Shown here: piece by piece, positions 18,289-26,695 of the stretch | Position numbering within the stretch: position 1 is the first letter of the stretch | Layout of the letters: each line of letters begins with the position of its first letter | Assembly: GCA_046498385.1 (NCBI GenBank) | Contig: JAWOAU010000011.1 | Location: forward strand, 4,315 to 68,314 | Length of the DNA: 64,000 nt | Direction: 5' to 3' | DNA from: Thermoplasmata archaeon | GTDB taxonomy: Archaea; Thermoplasmatota; Thermoplasmata; Halarchaeoplasmatales; Halarchaeoplasmataceae | Position numbers and translations under genes: made by a program | The notes under the pieces: model-generated | The model's input: only the letters and a program-made list of their open reading frames with translations | Told to the model about the DNA's origin: nothing | The model's database searches: none

Positions 18289-18400
18289 AATAAAAAGGTG
18301 CAGGGGGCTAGTGTCCCCCTTTACTTCGGAAGGCAACCGCCTTCCTTCAAATGCGTGGGAAGGGAATTTAACGCCAATTTGCATACAGCCTTCCCACTTT
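18289..18400 (-). terminator. An array of three GC-rich hairpins followed by T-tracts (read on the minus strand), downstream of tRNA-Leu and the rpoD operon
   Basis: The hairpins are GGGGG-ctagtgt-CCCCC (18303-18319), GGAAGGC-aacc-GCCTTCC (18328-18345) and GTGGGAAGG-25nt-CCTTCCCAC (18355-18397). On the minus strand they are followed by CACCTTTTTATTTTCC. Confidence 0.4.
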
Positions 18401-18422
18401 TATTTCATTATAAATAAAATAA

Positions 18423-18507
18423 TGCGAGGGAAGGGATTTGAACCCTTGGACCTCTATAGGACAGCGCCCTCAACGCTGCGCCGTTGGCCATGCTTGGCTA
18501 CCCTCGC
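18423..18507 (-). tRNA. tRNA-Leu (anticodon GAG), type II
   Basis: The reverse complement folds with acceptor GCGAGGG/CCCTCGC, anticodon stem CAGCG/CGCTG with loop TTGAGGG, a long variable arm, T-arm AAGGG-TTCAAAT-CCCTT and discriminator A. Confidence 0.85.
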
Positions 18508-18570
18508 TTTAAGAGTGAATTAGTATAGGGAGGAAAACAAAGTTTTCTGCGTTCTTTTGATTATTGAGAT

Positions 18571-19419
18571 CTACTCAATGTTCTGTACCAGTTCCATGAA
18601 CCCGTCGAATTTATCTTGGAGTATCTCCAAAGACTTCTTCAGGACTGCTTCGGTTGTTAAGGAACCGTCGGTTTCGTACCTGAGTATCAGTTTGTCGTCC
18701 AACCCCTCGACGGAGATGGCGTCTCTTTTACATGTTTCTACGCATGATTTGCATAGTTTGCATGCCTCCATGTCGCTGACCTGGATTCCGTCGTCGCCTT
18801 TTTCCAGTATACCCATCGGGCACACTTCCAGACAATCGTCACACTGGTCACATTTATCCTGGTCGATAACGACGTTGGGGTAATACTTGTATCCGACACC
18901 GCTTGTAGGCTGCCATTTGGCGTGCTCATTTGCGGTCCCTAACTCTGCAATCGCGTAGATCAATATAGCTTGATCGTCGGCCAGCTTGATGATGGGTATC
19001 AGGTCGTCGACTACCCTGAGTTCCACTTCACCTACCGGAATCAAGTCTCCTGAATAAACCGTGCACGGTCCTCTTTTATTGAGGCTGTATATCACGGTAC
19101 AGTTTGGACAGCCTTCACCATCACACTCCTCACATTCGTCCCTGAAGTTAAAGAGCTCTAAGTCCGTTGGTATGGGGATCAGACCTAACCTATGCGCGAT
19201 CATCTCGTCAAAAAGGGGCGTTGTACTCTTGTACTCCTTTGTCCCGCTTTCGTCGCCGATGGTCCCCAGGTGAAACTCCACGTCTTCGATTGCCAGCTTT
19301 GGAACGTCAGCGATCAGCACCCGCCGTAATGCATTTACTAGCGTGGGATTTGTATCGCTTAGGAATAATGTTGCCGTCCTTTCCTGCATCTCTCGAATCT
19401 CTATTTTCATCTTATCCAC
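18571..19419 (-). CDS. rpoD: DNA-directed RNA polymerase subunit D (Rpo3), with a ferredoxin-like 4Fe-4S insert
   Basis: The N-terminus IEIREMQERTATLFLSDTNPTLVNALRRVLIADVP matches RpoD. The motifs CDQCDDCLEVCP ... CKLCKSCVETC are the archaeal D-subunit Fe-S domain. The gene follows rps11. Confidence 0.9.
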   Translation of the reverse strand: MDKMKIEIREMQERTATLFLSDTNPTLVNALRRVLIADVPKLAIEDVEFHLGTIGDESGTKEYKSTTPLFDEMIAHRLGLIPIPTDLELFNFRDECEECDGEGCPNCTVIYSLNKRGPCTVYSGDLIPVGEVELRVVDDLIPIIKLADDQAILIYAIAELGTANEHAKWQPTSGVGYKYYPNVVIDQDKCDQCDDCLEVCPMGILEKGDDGIQVSDMEACKLCKSCVETCKRDAISVEGLDDKLILRYETDGSLTTEAVLKKSLEILQDKFDGFMELVQNIE

Positions 19420-19429
19420 AAGCCGTGCT

Positions 19430-19819
19430 CTAAACTCTTCTTCCCCTTCGACCGCCCTTTGGTCTGGTAGTGTCGTGAGGGATGGGAGTTACATCTTCTA
19501 TGGTGCCTATCCTTACCCCTGCCCTGGCAAATGAACGAATGGCCGCCTGAGACCCAGGTCCGGGTGAGTGGGATTTGCTTCCGCCAGGCGCCCTGACCTT
19601 TACATGTATATTGGTGATACCCTTCTCCTTTGCATCGTCTATGGCCTTTCTAGCGGCTTCCATGGCCGCATAGGGTGAGGCCTGGTCCTTGTCTTGTCTC
19701 ACTACCATCCCTCCGGTAGCTTTGGCGATCGTCTCGGCACCAGTGATATCCGTAATGGTGATAAGCACATTGTTATAGGACGCGTATACGTGGGCGATAC
19801 CCCATTTTACCATGATCAT
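19430..19819 (-). CDS. rps11: 30S ribosomal protein S11
   Basis: The motifs [27 protein letters not shown] ... [10 protein letters not shown] match S11. There is a 4-nt overlap with rps4. Confidence 0.9.
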   Translation of the reverse strand: MIMVKWGIAHVYASYNNVLITITDITGAETIAKATGGMVVRQDKDQASPYAAMEAARKAIDDAKEKGITNIHVKVRAPGGSKSHSPGPGSQAAIRSFARAGVRIGTIEDVTPIPHDTTRPKGGRRGRRV

Positions 19820-20421
19820 CGCCTCCTACGGCGGTTGAATTTTTTTCTTTCTTCTTCTTTTTGCATCCGTTCTTCTATAGTCATGGCCACCGCCTCGTCA
19901 CCGGGTCGCTCTGGATGAAGCTCATCTTTTAACGGGGAGTTATCGTGGTATTCAAGCGCAGCTTCATCTTCTCTATTAACCGTATAGCTGGGTATATTAA
20001 CACGTCTATCTTTTATCCTGATATGTCCGTGGGTGATAAACTGCCGTGCTTGATTGGGACTACGGGCAAGTCCTCGGTTGAAGACCACCGTCTGAAGTCG
20101 CCTGTTCAATATGTTCTCCACTTCCAAGTTCAACACGTCGTTGATCCCTATATTTTCACCTACCAAATATCCCTTTTGGTGGAGCATGCTGAGGAGTTCG
20201 TCTATTTCTTTGGTTGCCTGTTTATCCCCATATCTCAACCTGGCTTGAAGATGGCGTGCCTGTCCTCTTATTCTTTTGAGATTCGACTTTGCCTTCCAGA
20301 ATTCTTTTTTATTCTTAAGACCGTAGTGCCTCATGTAATCGTTTTCAACCTTAATACGATCTGCCTGCCAAGGGTGTGGTGGGTTCTGATATTTCTTTCT
20401 GCTAAATTTTGGGTCGCCCAT
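19816..20421 (-). CDS. rps4: 30S ribosomal protein S4 (S9e-type)
   Basis: The sequence [18 protein letters not shown]... matches S4. The track ORF extends to 20472. The probable start is the Met at 20421, 13 nt after the rps13 stop. Confidence 0.88.
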   Translation of the reverse strand: MGDPKFSRKKYQNPPHPWQADRIKVENDYMRHYGLKNKKEFWKAKSNLKRIRGQARHLQARLRYGDKQATKEIDELLSMLHQKGYLVGENIGINDVLNLEVENILNRRLQTVVFNRGLARSPNQARQFITHGHIRIKDRRVNIPSYTVNREDEAALEYHDNSPLKDELHPERPGDEAVAMTIEERMQKEEERKKFNRRRRR

Positions 20422-20434
20422 GAGATCACTGTCC

Positions 20435-20911
20435 TTATTTATTCTCTCCCATAACCTTTCTACGCTGTACACCTACAGTCATCCCAGACCTTCCGTTAGA
20501 CCGGGTACGTTGTCCTCTAACCTTCTGACCTTGTTCGTGACGTATACCCCGATAGCAGCTTATCTTCTTGAGCCTGTTGAAATCCTCTCGTAGGGTAAGG
20601 TCCAGATCGTTACCAAAAAGGTGCAGGTTTTTTCCGGAATGGGGATCTCTTTTTCGATTGAACATCCATTCCGGCGCCATATCCGAAAAGCGTTGGAGTG
20701 CGCCCTTTAGCTTTTCTACCTCCTGGTCTTCAAGGGTACCTATCTTTTGAGAGGGATCTACTTCTGCATCCCTAACTATAGACTCCGCTACACGGGTGCC
20801 TACCCCCTTGATGCCTCTAAGTGCATAAAGCGTAGGTTGTTCCCCATCTAGGTCGGTATTCATAAGACGGACTATGTAGTTGAAATCCTCTGCGTGTTCT
20901 TCGTCAGCCAA
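20435..20911 (-). CDS. rps13: 30S ribosomal protein S13
   Basis: The motifs FNYIVRLMNTDLDGEQPTLYALRGIKGVG...RGIRHEQGQKVRGQRTRSNGR match S13. Confidence 0.9.
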   Translation of the reverse strand: MADEEHAEDFNYIVRLMNTDLDGEQPTLYALRGIKGVGTRVAESIVRDAEVDPSQKIGTLEDQEVEKLKGALQRFSDMAPEWMFNRKRDPHSGKNLHLFGNDLDLTLREDFNRLKKISCYRGIRHEQGQKVRGQRTRSNGRSGMTVGVQRRKVMGENK

Positions 20912-21228
20912 GTTAATTTCCTCCTTTTAAGTATGGTGGAGTATTGTTAGGATGAAACGCTACAATGCCGCTCATATAAAAGCGTTGTCCTTTATCAGTC
21001 TGTCAGGTTCTTAGTGATATTTGTACATATCTGTGAAATCATTAAACGTTTGACAGGCTCATTTTGGGATAATTTATTTATAGTACTTCGACCTCAGCCG
21101 CACTTGGAGAACCCTCCATGTACGATAGATCAAGGATGCCGTGCTCAACGTCTTCATGTGTTTTTTGGAATATTTATGGAAGGTTTTCTTTTCGGAGATG
21201 CTTTTTTTGAATAGAGGTGTAATCCATT

Positions 21229-21486
21229 ATGGAAGATAAAAATAAGTCTGACCAGAAATGCTGGTTGATAGAAAAAAAGGAAAAAAAGGGAGAACTCTGC
21301 GTGATCTACGAGAGGTGTAAAGGGTGCGGCTACTGTATCGAGTTCTGCCCGGTAAATGCACTGGAATTTTCCAAAGATACCACTGAAAGAGGTTATCTCC
21401 TCCCTGATATGGTCGGAGAGTGCGTACTCTGTGGAAAATGCGAAAAAATGTGCCCTGAATTTGCAATATATCTAAAGGAGGAATGA
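21229..21486 (+). CDS. 2-oxoacid:ferredoxin oxidoreductase delta subunit (2x[4Fe-4S] ferredoxin-like), first OFOR locus
   Basis: Two CxxCxxCxxxCP motifs are present (CKGCGYCIEFCP, CVLCGKCEKMCP). A GAGGTG SD precedes the ATG. The gene is immediately upstream of the alpha subunit. Confidence 0.8.
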   Translation: MEDKNKSDQKCWLIEKKEKKGELCVIYERCKGCGYCIEFCPVNALEFSKDTTERGYLLPDMVGECVLCGKCEKMCPEFAIYLKEE

Positions 21487-22667
21487 ACATGGGAGTTATG
21501 AAAAAAGGAACGTATTTCATGGACGGCAACACCGCTTGTGCGGAAGGTGCGATAATGGCGGGATGTACCTTTTTTGGCGGCTATCCTATCACCCCAGCAA
21601 CGGAGATCTTAGAAAGACTGACCAACCGTTTTCCCGAGATACACGGTAGCTACCTTCAGATGGAGGACGAACTGGCGAGTATAGCCGCGGTCATCGGTGC
21701 ATCGTGGGCCGGGAGAAAGGCCATGACCGCAACCTCCGGTCCAGGATTCAGTTTGATGATGGAGAACTACGGCTTTGCCCTTATGACCGAAACGCCGTGT
21801 GTTATAGTTAACGTAATGCGGGGAGGACCGTCCACGGGCTTGCCTACTATGGTGGCCCAGGGGGACGTGATGCAGACACGTTGGGGTACTCACGGTGACG
21901 TTGGTGTTATCGTGCTCAGTCCTTCCTCTCCTCAGGAGATGTTCGACTTCACGATCGAAGCATTCAATCTGTCGGAAGAATACCGACTGCCGGTGGTGCT
22001 TTTGTCCGACGAGATGGTTTCTCATATGACGGAGAAGGTTAACATACCTGCAAAGGAAGAAGTTAGGATAATCAACAGAAAGAAACCGGATGTCCCCCCT
22101 GAAGAATATCTACCCTACTGCCCTGACGAAAACCTAGTTCCTCCCATGGCCTGTACCGGCGAGGGATACTCTATACATGTGACAGGGTTAGCCCATGATG
22201 AAAGAGGGTACCCTGTCATAGACGAAAGGGTACAAAACAACCTGGTCACCAGGTTGATAGACAAGATAAGGAAAAATTCTGAAGACATACTTCGGTATGA
22301 AGAATACATGGTGGACGATGCGGATATAATCGTTGTTTCCTACGGCAGTGCGTCCCGCTCCGCCAGAGAAGCCATCGATATGGCTAGGGAGAAAGGTATA
22401 AAAGCCGGCCTTCTACGGCCGATCACCATATGGCCCTTCCCGGAGGACAGAATACACCAGTTGGCTAAAGGGGGACTGAACGCCCTGGTAGTGGCGGAAA
22501 TAAACTTTGGGCAGATAGTTTACGAAGTACAAAGGTGCAGTGACGGCCGCTGCCCCACCTATCTTGTACCCCGTATGGGCGGAAGTATACATACGCCTGA
22601 AGAAATAGTTGAGCGATTGGAGAAGGTAGATAAAGATGAAATACAGTTGGAGGAGGGAGATGTATGA
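21483..22667 (+). CDS. 2-oxoacid:ferredoxin oxidoreductase alpha subunit (Kor/Por/Vor A-type)
   Basis: The motifs GNTACAEGAIMAGCTFFGGYPITPATEI ... TSGPGFSLMMENYGFA match the family. The protein is 394 aa and overlaps the delta subunit by 4 nt. Confidence 0.9.
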   Translation: MNMGVMKKGTYFMDGNTACAEGAIMAGCTFFGGYPITPATEILERLTNRFPEIHGSYLQMEDELASIAAVIGASWAGRKAMTATSGPGFSLMMENYGFALMTETPCVIVNVMRGGPSTGLPTMVAQGDVMQTRWGTHGDVGVIVLSPSSPQEMFDFTIEAFNLSEEYRLPVVLLSDEMVSHMTEKVNIPAKEEVRIINRKKPDVPPEEYLPYCPDENLVPPMACTGEGYSIHVTGLAHDERGYPVIDERVQNNLVTRLIDKIRKNSEDILRYEEYMVDDADIIVVSYGSASRSAREAIDMAREKGIKAGLLRPITIWPFPEDRIHQLAKGGLNALVVAEINFGQIVYEVQRCSDGRCPTYLVPRMGGSIHTPEEIVERLEKVDKDEIQLEEGDV

Positions 22668-23569
22668 GCATAAGAAGGAGCAGAAATTGGTTTTCTCCGG
22701 ACTATTTGAATCAGCGCCGGGAAAAGGAGTCCGTGTACGGCCTTCATCCACTGGACGATTACCTTAAAAAAGAACGTATACCCCATATCTGGTGTCCGGG
22801 ATGCGGGCTTGGAGTAGTCTTGAGTGCTTATCTAAGGGCCTTAAAGGATTCTGGCATACCAAAGGAAAAGGCTGCGGTTGTATCGGGCATAGGTTGTACC
22901 GGTAGGGCGGCGGGGTACGTTAATATGGACTCGTTCCACATGACCCATGGTCGTGCCATACCCTTCGCCACGGGATTAAAGATAGGCAACCCAGATGTGG
23001 TAACCACCGTGTTCAGCGGCGACGGAGACCTTTTCGCCATCGGCGGCAATCACTTCATACATGCCGCCAGACGAAACGTTGATTTCAACGTGATCTGTGT
23101 GAACAACTTCAACTACGGGATGACCGGCGGTCAGGCCGCCCCGACCACGCCTATGGATGCAAAGACTTCCACCACCCCTTACGGCGGTTTCGAACACCCG
23201 TTCAATCTGCCGTCTGTAGCCGCCGGCTCAGGGGCGGTATACGTGGCTAGGTGGACCACCTATCATGTTGAACAGCTTACGAAGGGGATAGAGGAGGCAC
23301 TCAACAAGGAAGGTTTCTGTTTCATTGAAGTCCTATCTCCTTGTCCCACCGGCTATGGTCAAAAGGCAGGTCAGGAGACCGGTAGGGATACCATGAAGTA
23401 TTACAAGGAGAACAGCAGGGTCGAACACGGAGCGGACACTAAGGACGTCTCTCTCCGCAGGGATAAAGAGATAATCGTGGGAAAGTTCGTTGATAGGAGT
23501 GCCCCTACCTTCCAGCAAAAACGTGGCGAAGTATTTCAGAAGGCAAGAGACGACTTGGGGGTAAAATGA
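22664..23569 (+). CDS. 2-oxoacid:ferredoxin oxidoreductase beta subunit (TPP-binding)
   Basis: The motifs WCPGCGLG ... GIGCTGR ... FSGDGDLFAIGGNHFIHAARRN match the TPP-binding beta subunit. Confidence 0.9.
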   Translation: MSIRRSRNWFSPDYLNQRREKESVYGLHPLDDYLKKERIPHIWCPGCGLGVVLSAYLRALKDSGIPKEKAAVVSGIGCTGRAAGYVNMDSFHMTHGRAIPFATGLKIGNPDVVTTVFSGDGDLFAIGGNHFIHAARRNVDFNVICVNNFNYGMTGGQAAPTTPMDAKTSTTPYGGFEHPFNLPSVAAGSGAVYVARWTTYHVEQLTKGIEEALNKEGFCFIEVLSPCPTGYGQKAGQETGRDTMKYYKENSRVEHGADTKDVSLRRDKEIIVGKFVDRSAPTFQQKRGEVFQKARDDLGVK

Positions 23570-24096
23570 TGAGAACAGAACTGCGTTTCGCCGGCTTCGG
23601 AGGTCAAGGAGTGATAATGATGGGGCATATAATGGGAAAGGCCGCAGTTATCGACGGTAAGAACGTTACATTGACCCAGAGCTACGGTCCTGAAGCAAGA
23701 GGCGGTGCATGCAGCGTTGATGTGATAGTTAGCGACGGTGAGATATACTATCCCCATGTAAGGGAGCCGGATGTTCTTGTTATAATGTCCCAATCCGCCC
23801 TAAAATCCTACGCATCAAATGTTAAAAAAGATGGGATACTGCTGGTCGATAACGGTCTTGTGGAATGTTCGAAGATCGACATGGAAGTCAAAGGGCTCCC
23901 GGCGACCGAGTTTGCCAAGGATGAACTGAATACGAGAATAGTTTCCAATATAGTGATGCTTGGTTTTCTAGTAGGTGTGACTGAATTGGTGGACGTTTCG
24001 TCCATGAAAGAAGCCATCCGCAGCCTGGTACCGGGTGGGACCGAGGATAAGAACATCGATGCCTTTGAAATCGGGTACCAAGAAGGAAAAAAATGA
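23566..24096 (+). CDS. 2-oxoacid:ferredoxin oxidoreductase gamma subunit
   Basis: The motifs FAGFGGQGVIMMGHIMGKAA...SYGPEARGG match the gamma subunit. The protein is 176 aa. Confidence 0.85.
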   Translation: MMRTELRFAGFGGQGVIMMGHIMGKAAVIDGKNVTLTQSYGPEARGGACSVDVIVSDGEIYYPHVREPDVLVIMSQSALKSYASNVKKDGILLVDNGLVECSKIDMEVKGLPATEFAKDELNTRIVSNIVMLGFLVGVTELVDVSSMKEAIRSLVPGGTEDKNIDAFEIGYQEGKK

Positions 24097-24150
24097 TCCC
24101 ATGGTCAAAAACGATATATTAATCGATACCTATGAGGGTGCTGATTTACC

Positions 24151-24996
24151 ATGTTGATAAAAGGACCGGGTTCGCCGGGTTTATGTGAACGGTTGGAAGT
24201 TTCTGAGAGTGTTGAAGTTAAAAGCAAGGTGTTCCCCGACGGAGAGATATACGTTCGGTTAGAGGGGGACGTTACCGGTGAAGACTGCGTACTGGTGCAG
24301 ACAACCTATCCCAACAAACACCTTATTGAAATGCTGTTTATACTGGATGCACTGGTGGAAAACCAAGCCTCGTCGGTTACAACGGTGATACCTTACTACA
24401 GCTATTCCAGGCAGGACAAGGCGTTCAAGGAAGGTGAATGCGTAAGCTCTCGTGCCATTGCAAGGATTATATCAACCTGTGCCGATGAATTTTACAGTAT
24501 CGACCTTCATTCTAAAAGTATAGTCAATTTTTTCAACGTACCGGCTGAAAATCTAGAGGCAATGGGCCTCTTGGCAGAACATTCGCTCAAGTACGAGCCG
24601 GACATGCTCCTTTCTCCGGACGAAGGGGGTAGAGGGCGTGTTATGCTCGCTTCCGAAAGGGTAGGCGTACCCTGGGACTATCTTAAAAAGACCAGGATCG
24701 ATGATTCCACCGTTGAGATCAAACCCAAAAACCTGGGAGTAGAGGGCAAGACAGTGGTCATTTTAGACGACATAATCTCCACCGGCGGTACCATGATGGA
24801 GGCAGCAAAACAACTGTACGATAAGGGAGCCGAAGAGGTACATGCAGGGTGCACCCACGGACTGTTCGTTGAAGGTTCCGACAAAAAGCTGAAAAAATAC
24901 TTTGAATCCGTATTTTGCACGGATACAATCGAGGGAAAGAACAGCGATGTAACAGTAGCACCGCTGATCAAAGAAAAGGTATTCCATAGGCTTTAG
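24151..24996 (+). CDS. prs: Ribose-phosphate pyrophosphokinase (PRPP synthetase)
   Basis: The PRPP-binding loop VVILDDIISTGGTM and the IPYYSYSRQDK motif are present. The protein is 281 aa. Confidence 0.85.
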   Translation: MLIKGPGSPGLCERLEVSESVEVKSKVFPDGEIYVRLEGDVTGEDCVLVQTTYPNKHLIEMLFILDALVENQASSVTTVIPYYSYSRQDKAFKEGECVSSRAIARIISTCADEFYSIDLHSKSIVNFFNVPAENLEAMGLLAEHSLKYEPDMLLSPDEGGRGRVMLASERVGVPWDYLKKTRIDDSTVEIKPKNLGVEGKTVVILDDIISTGGTMMEAAKQLYDKGAEEVHAGCTHGLFVEGSDKKLKKYFESVFCTDTIEGKNSDVTVAPLIKEKVFHRL

Positions 24997-25115
24997 TTCG
25001 AAGACTGTGCGAAATTCCTTTTATAATACCTTTACACTTAGAACAACATAAGAAGACATGACGATAAACCTCCTCAACCCTTTTTAAGAGGGTTTTCGAG
25101 GAGATCTCTAGGTGT

Positions 25116-26027
25116 ATGTGGATGACGGTTAAGAAAAGTATCTGGGTCGCCGCAGCGGCATTCATCGTATTAGCAGCATTAGCACCTATTGCACATGCTC
25201 AGCACTCACTTCCGGGTGAATTGGGGGTGGACATAGATACCGAAGAAAACCCCATCATCTCATTATCATCGGAAAAAGACGTTTTCCTTTTCTCGGTAGA
25301 GTATGTTGCACTACAATTTCGGCCCGAAGAGGGCGGCTTGGAGGACGTGTCATTGGATACGGATTGGGAGGTATCGACGAGCTCCTTTACTCACCACGAA
25401 TTCCCCCACATCTACGTGACCATGAAAACGTCTTTACCACTCCAGGACCAGGAGATAGGACTCAACTTCCGTTTTAACATACTTTCCGTAAAAGATACTT
25501 CTGAGATATCATTTAACTTTGAGATAGATAGATTAGACGGGGAGATATTAGGTGATTTCTTTGTGGTACAGACCATCAATGCTAACGGTGAGATAATGCA
25601 CAGCCCGGGATATTTGATACCCGGACAAGACCCCATCATGTATTACGAGTTCGACCTGGTTGAAAATAGGAAAGGTTACTACAGTTGGAGTACCATAGCT
25701 AATGTAGATGGAGGTACGCAAGATACCAAGGTTGAAACACCTTTACCGGATGAACACACCTTGTTTTTAGGTATTTCATACGATGACCCCGAAGCGGATA
25801 GAGTTTACATCTCATCGATCGAGCTGGAAAAGTCCATGGTGAGCGGTGCCCTGGTGCCGGTACCGGAATCGTACAGCCGCCTGCCGTCTTTTGTGATTGG
25901 GATGCTCGTGGCAGGTGGCTTCGTGATAGGTTTCCTTTTCCAGGAGAGGACACGCTTTTACAAAAAAGAAGATTCTACAAGCATAGTTCGATTAGAAGAT
26001 TCTCCTTATTACCGTGGTAAAGAATAA
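25116..26027 (+). CDS. Secreted hypothetical protein with a signal peptide and a C-terminal transmembrane anchor
   Basis: The signal peptide is MWMTVKKSIWVAAAAFIVLAALAPIAHAQ. A C-terminal transmembrane segment LPSFVIGMLVAGGFVIGFLF is followed by a charged tail. It does not look like a canonical PGF-CTERM. Confidence 0.5.
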   Translation: MWMTVKKSIWVAAAAFIVLAALAPIAHAQHSLPGELGVDIDTEENPIISLSSEKDVFLFSVEYVALQFRPEEGGLEDVSLDTDWEVSTSSFTHHEFPHIYVTMKTSLPLQDQEIGLNFRFNILSVKDTSEISFNFEIDRLDGEILGDFFVVQTINANGEIMHSPGYLIPGQDPIMYYEFDLVENRKGYYSWSTIANVDGGTQDTKVETPLPDEHTLFLGISYDDPEADRVYISSIELEKSMVSGALVPVPESYSRLPSFVIGMLVAGGFVIGFLFQERTRFYKKEDSTSIVRLEDSPYYRGKE

Positions 26028-26671
26028 GGAAGTTCAAGCAGATCCGCAAGTTCGGTTAAACCCTTCCCCTTTCTGGCATTGGCTTCTATTAACGTTCCGT
26101 TGGGATTTATCTTTTTGTGATCGCTCCTGATTATGTCAAGGTCAACTTCCATCACATCCACAAGGTCCACTTTGTTCAACACCGTGATATCTGCCTGGGA
26201 AAATATCAGAGGATGCTTACGCACCATATCGTCGCCTTCTGTGACAGATATGACAACTATGTCGCCTTCCGTACCAAGGGGGAAATCTACGGGACATATT
26301 AGATTACCCACGTTCTCTATGAATAGGTAATCTATATCCTCCAGAGGTATATCTTCCAAAGCATGATTGACCAGGTGTGCGTCCAGATGACAGTCCTTTC
26401 CGGTGTTGATGGATATTGAACGTATCCCATGTGATTCAAAACGCATATGGTCGTCTTCACCTGTTAGGTCGCCAGCGATGGCCCCTATGTTTTTGTCTTT
26501 CATCCCTTTGTAAAGTGATTCTATCAGCGTAGTTTTACCAGATCCTATGGCTCCTAGTACGTTGAATGCTCTGATATTGTGTTCCTTAAATGCATGTTCG
26601 TTCAGATGAGCTATGCGTTGATTTTCTTCCAGTATGTTCTTCTCCATACTAACATCACAGATTTTGTGCAT
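26009..26671 (-). CDS. hypB: Hydrogenase nickel-incorporation GTPase HypB
   Basis: The P-loop GAIGSGKTTL, the metal-binding ENVGNLICP and NKVDL motifs of the HypB/UreG family are present. Confidence 0.85.
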   Translation of the reverse strand: MHKICDVSMEKNILEENQRIAHLNEHAFKEHNIRAFNVLGAIGSGKTTLIESLYKGMKDKNIGAIAGDLTGEDDHMRFESHGIRSISINTGKDCHLDAHLVNHALEDIPLEDIDYLFIENVGNLICPVDFPLGTEGDIVVISVTEGDDMVRKHPLIFSQADITVLNKVDLVDVMEVDLDIIRSDHKKINPNGTLIEANARKGKGLTELADLLELPYSLPR

Positions 26672-26695
26672 CGTAGAATCTCATTCCATGGTGTT

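Noticed and set aside
25116-26027. A C-terminal PGF-CTERM/archaeosortase signal on the secreted protein
   Set aside because: The C-terminal TM helix is followed by a long charged tail of about 35 aa and lacks the PGF tripeptide. It looks like an ordinary TM anchor.
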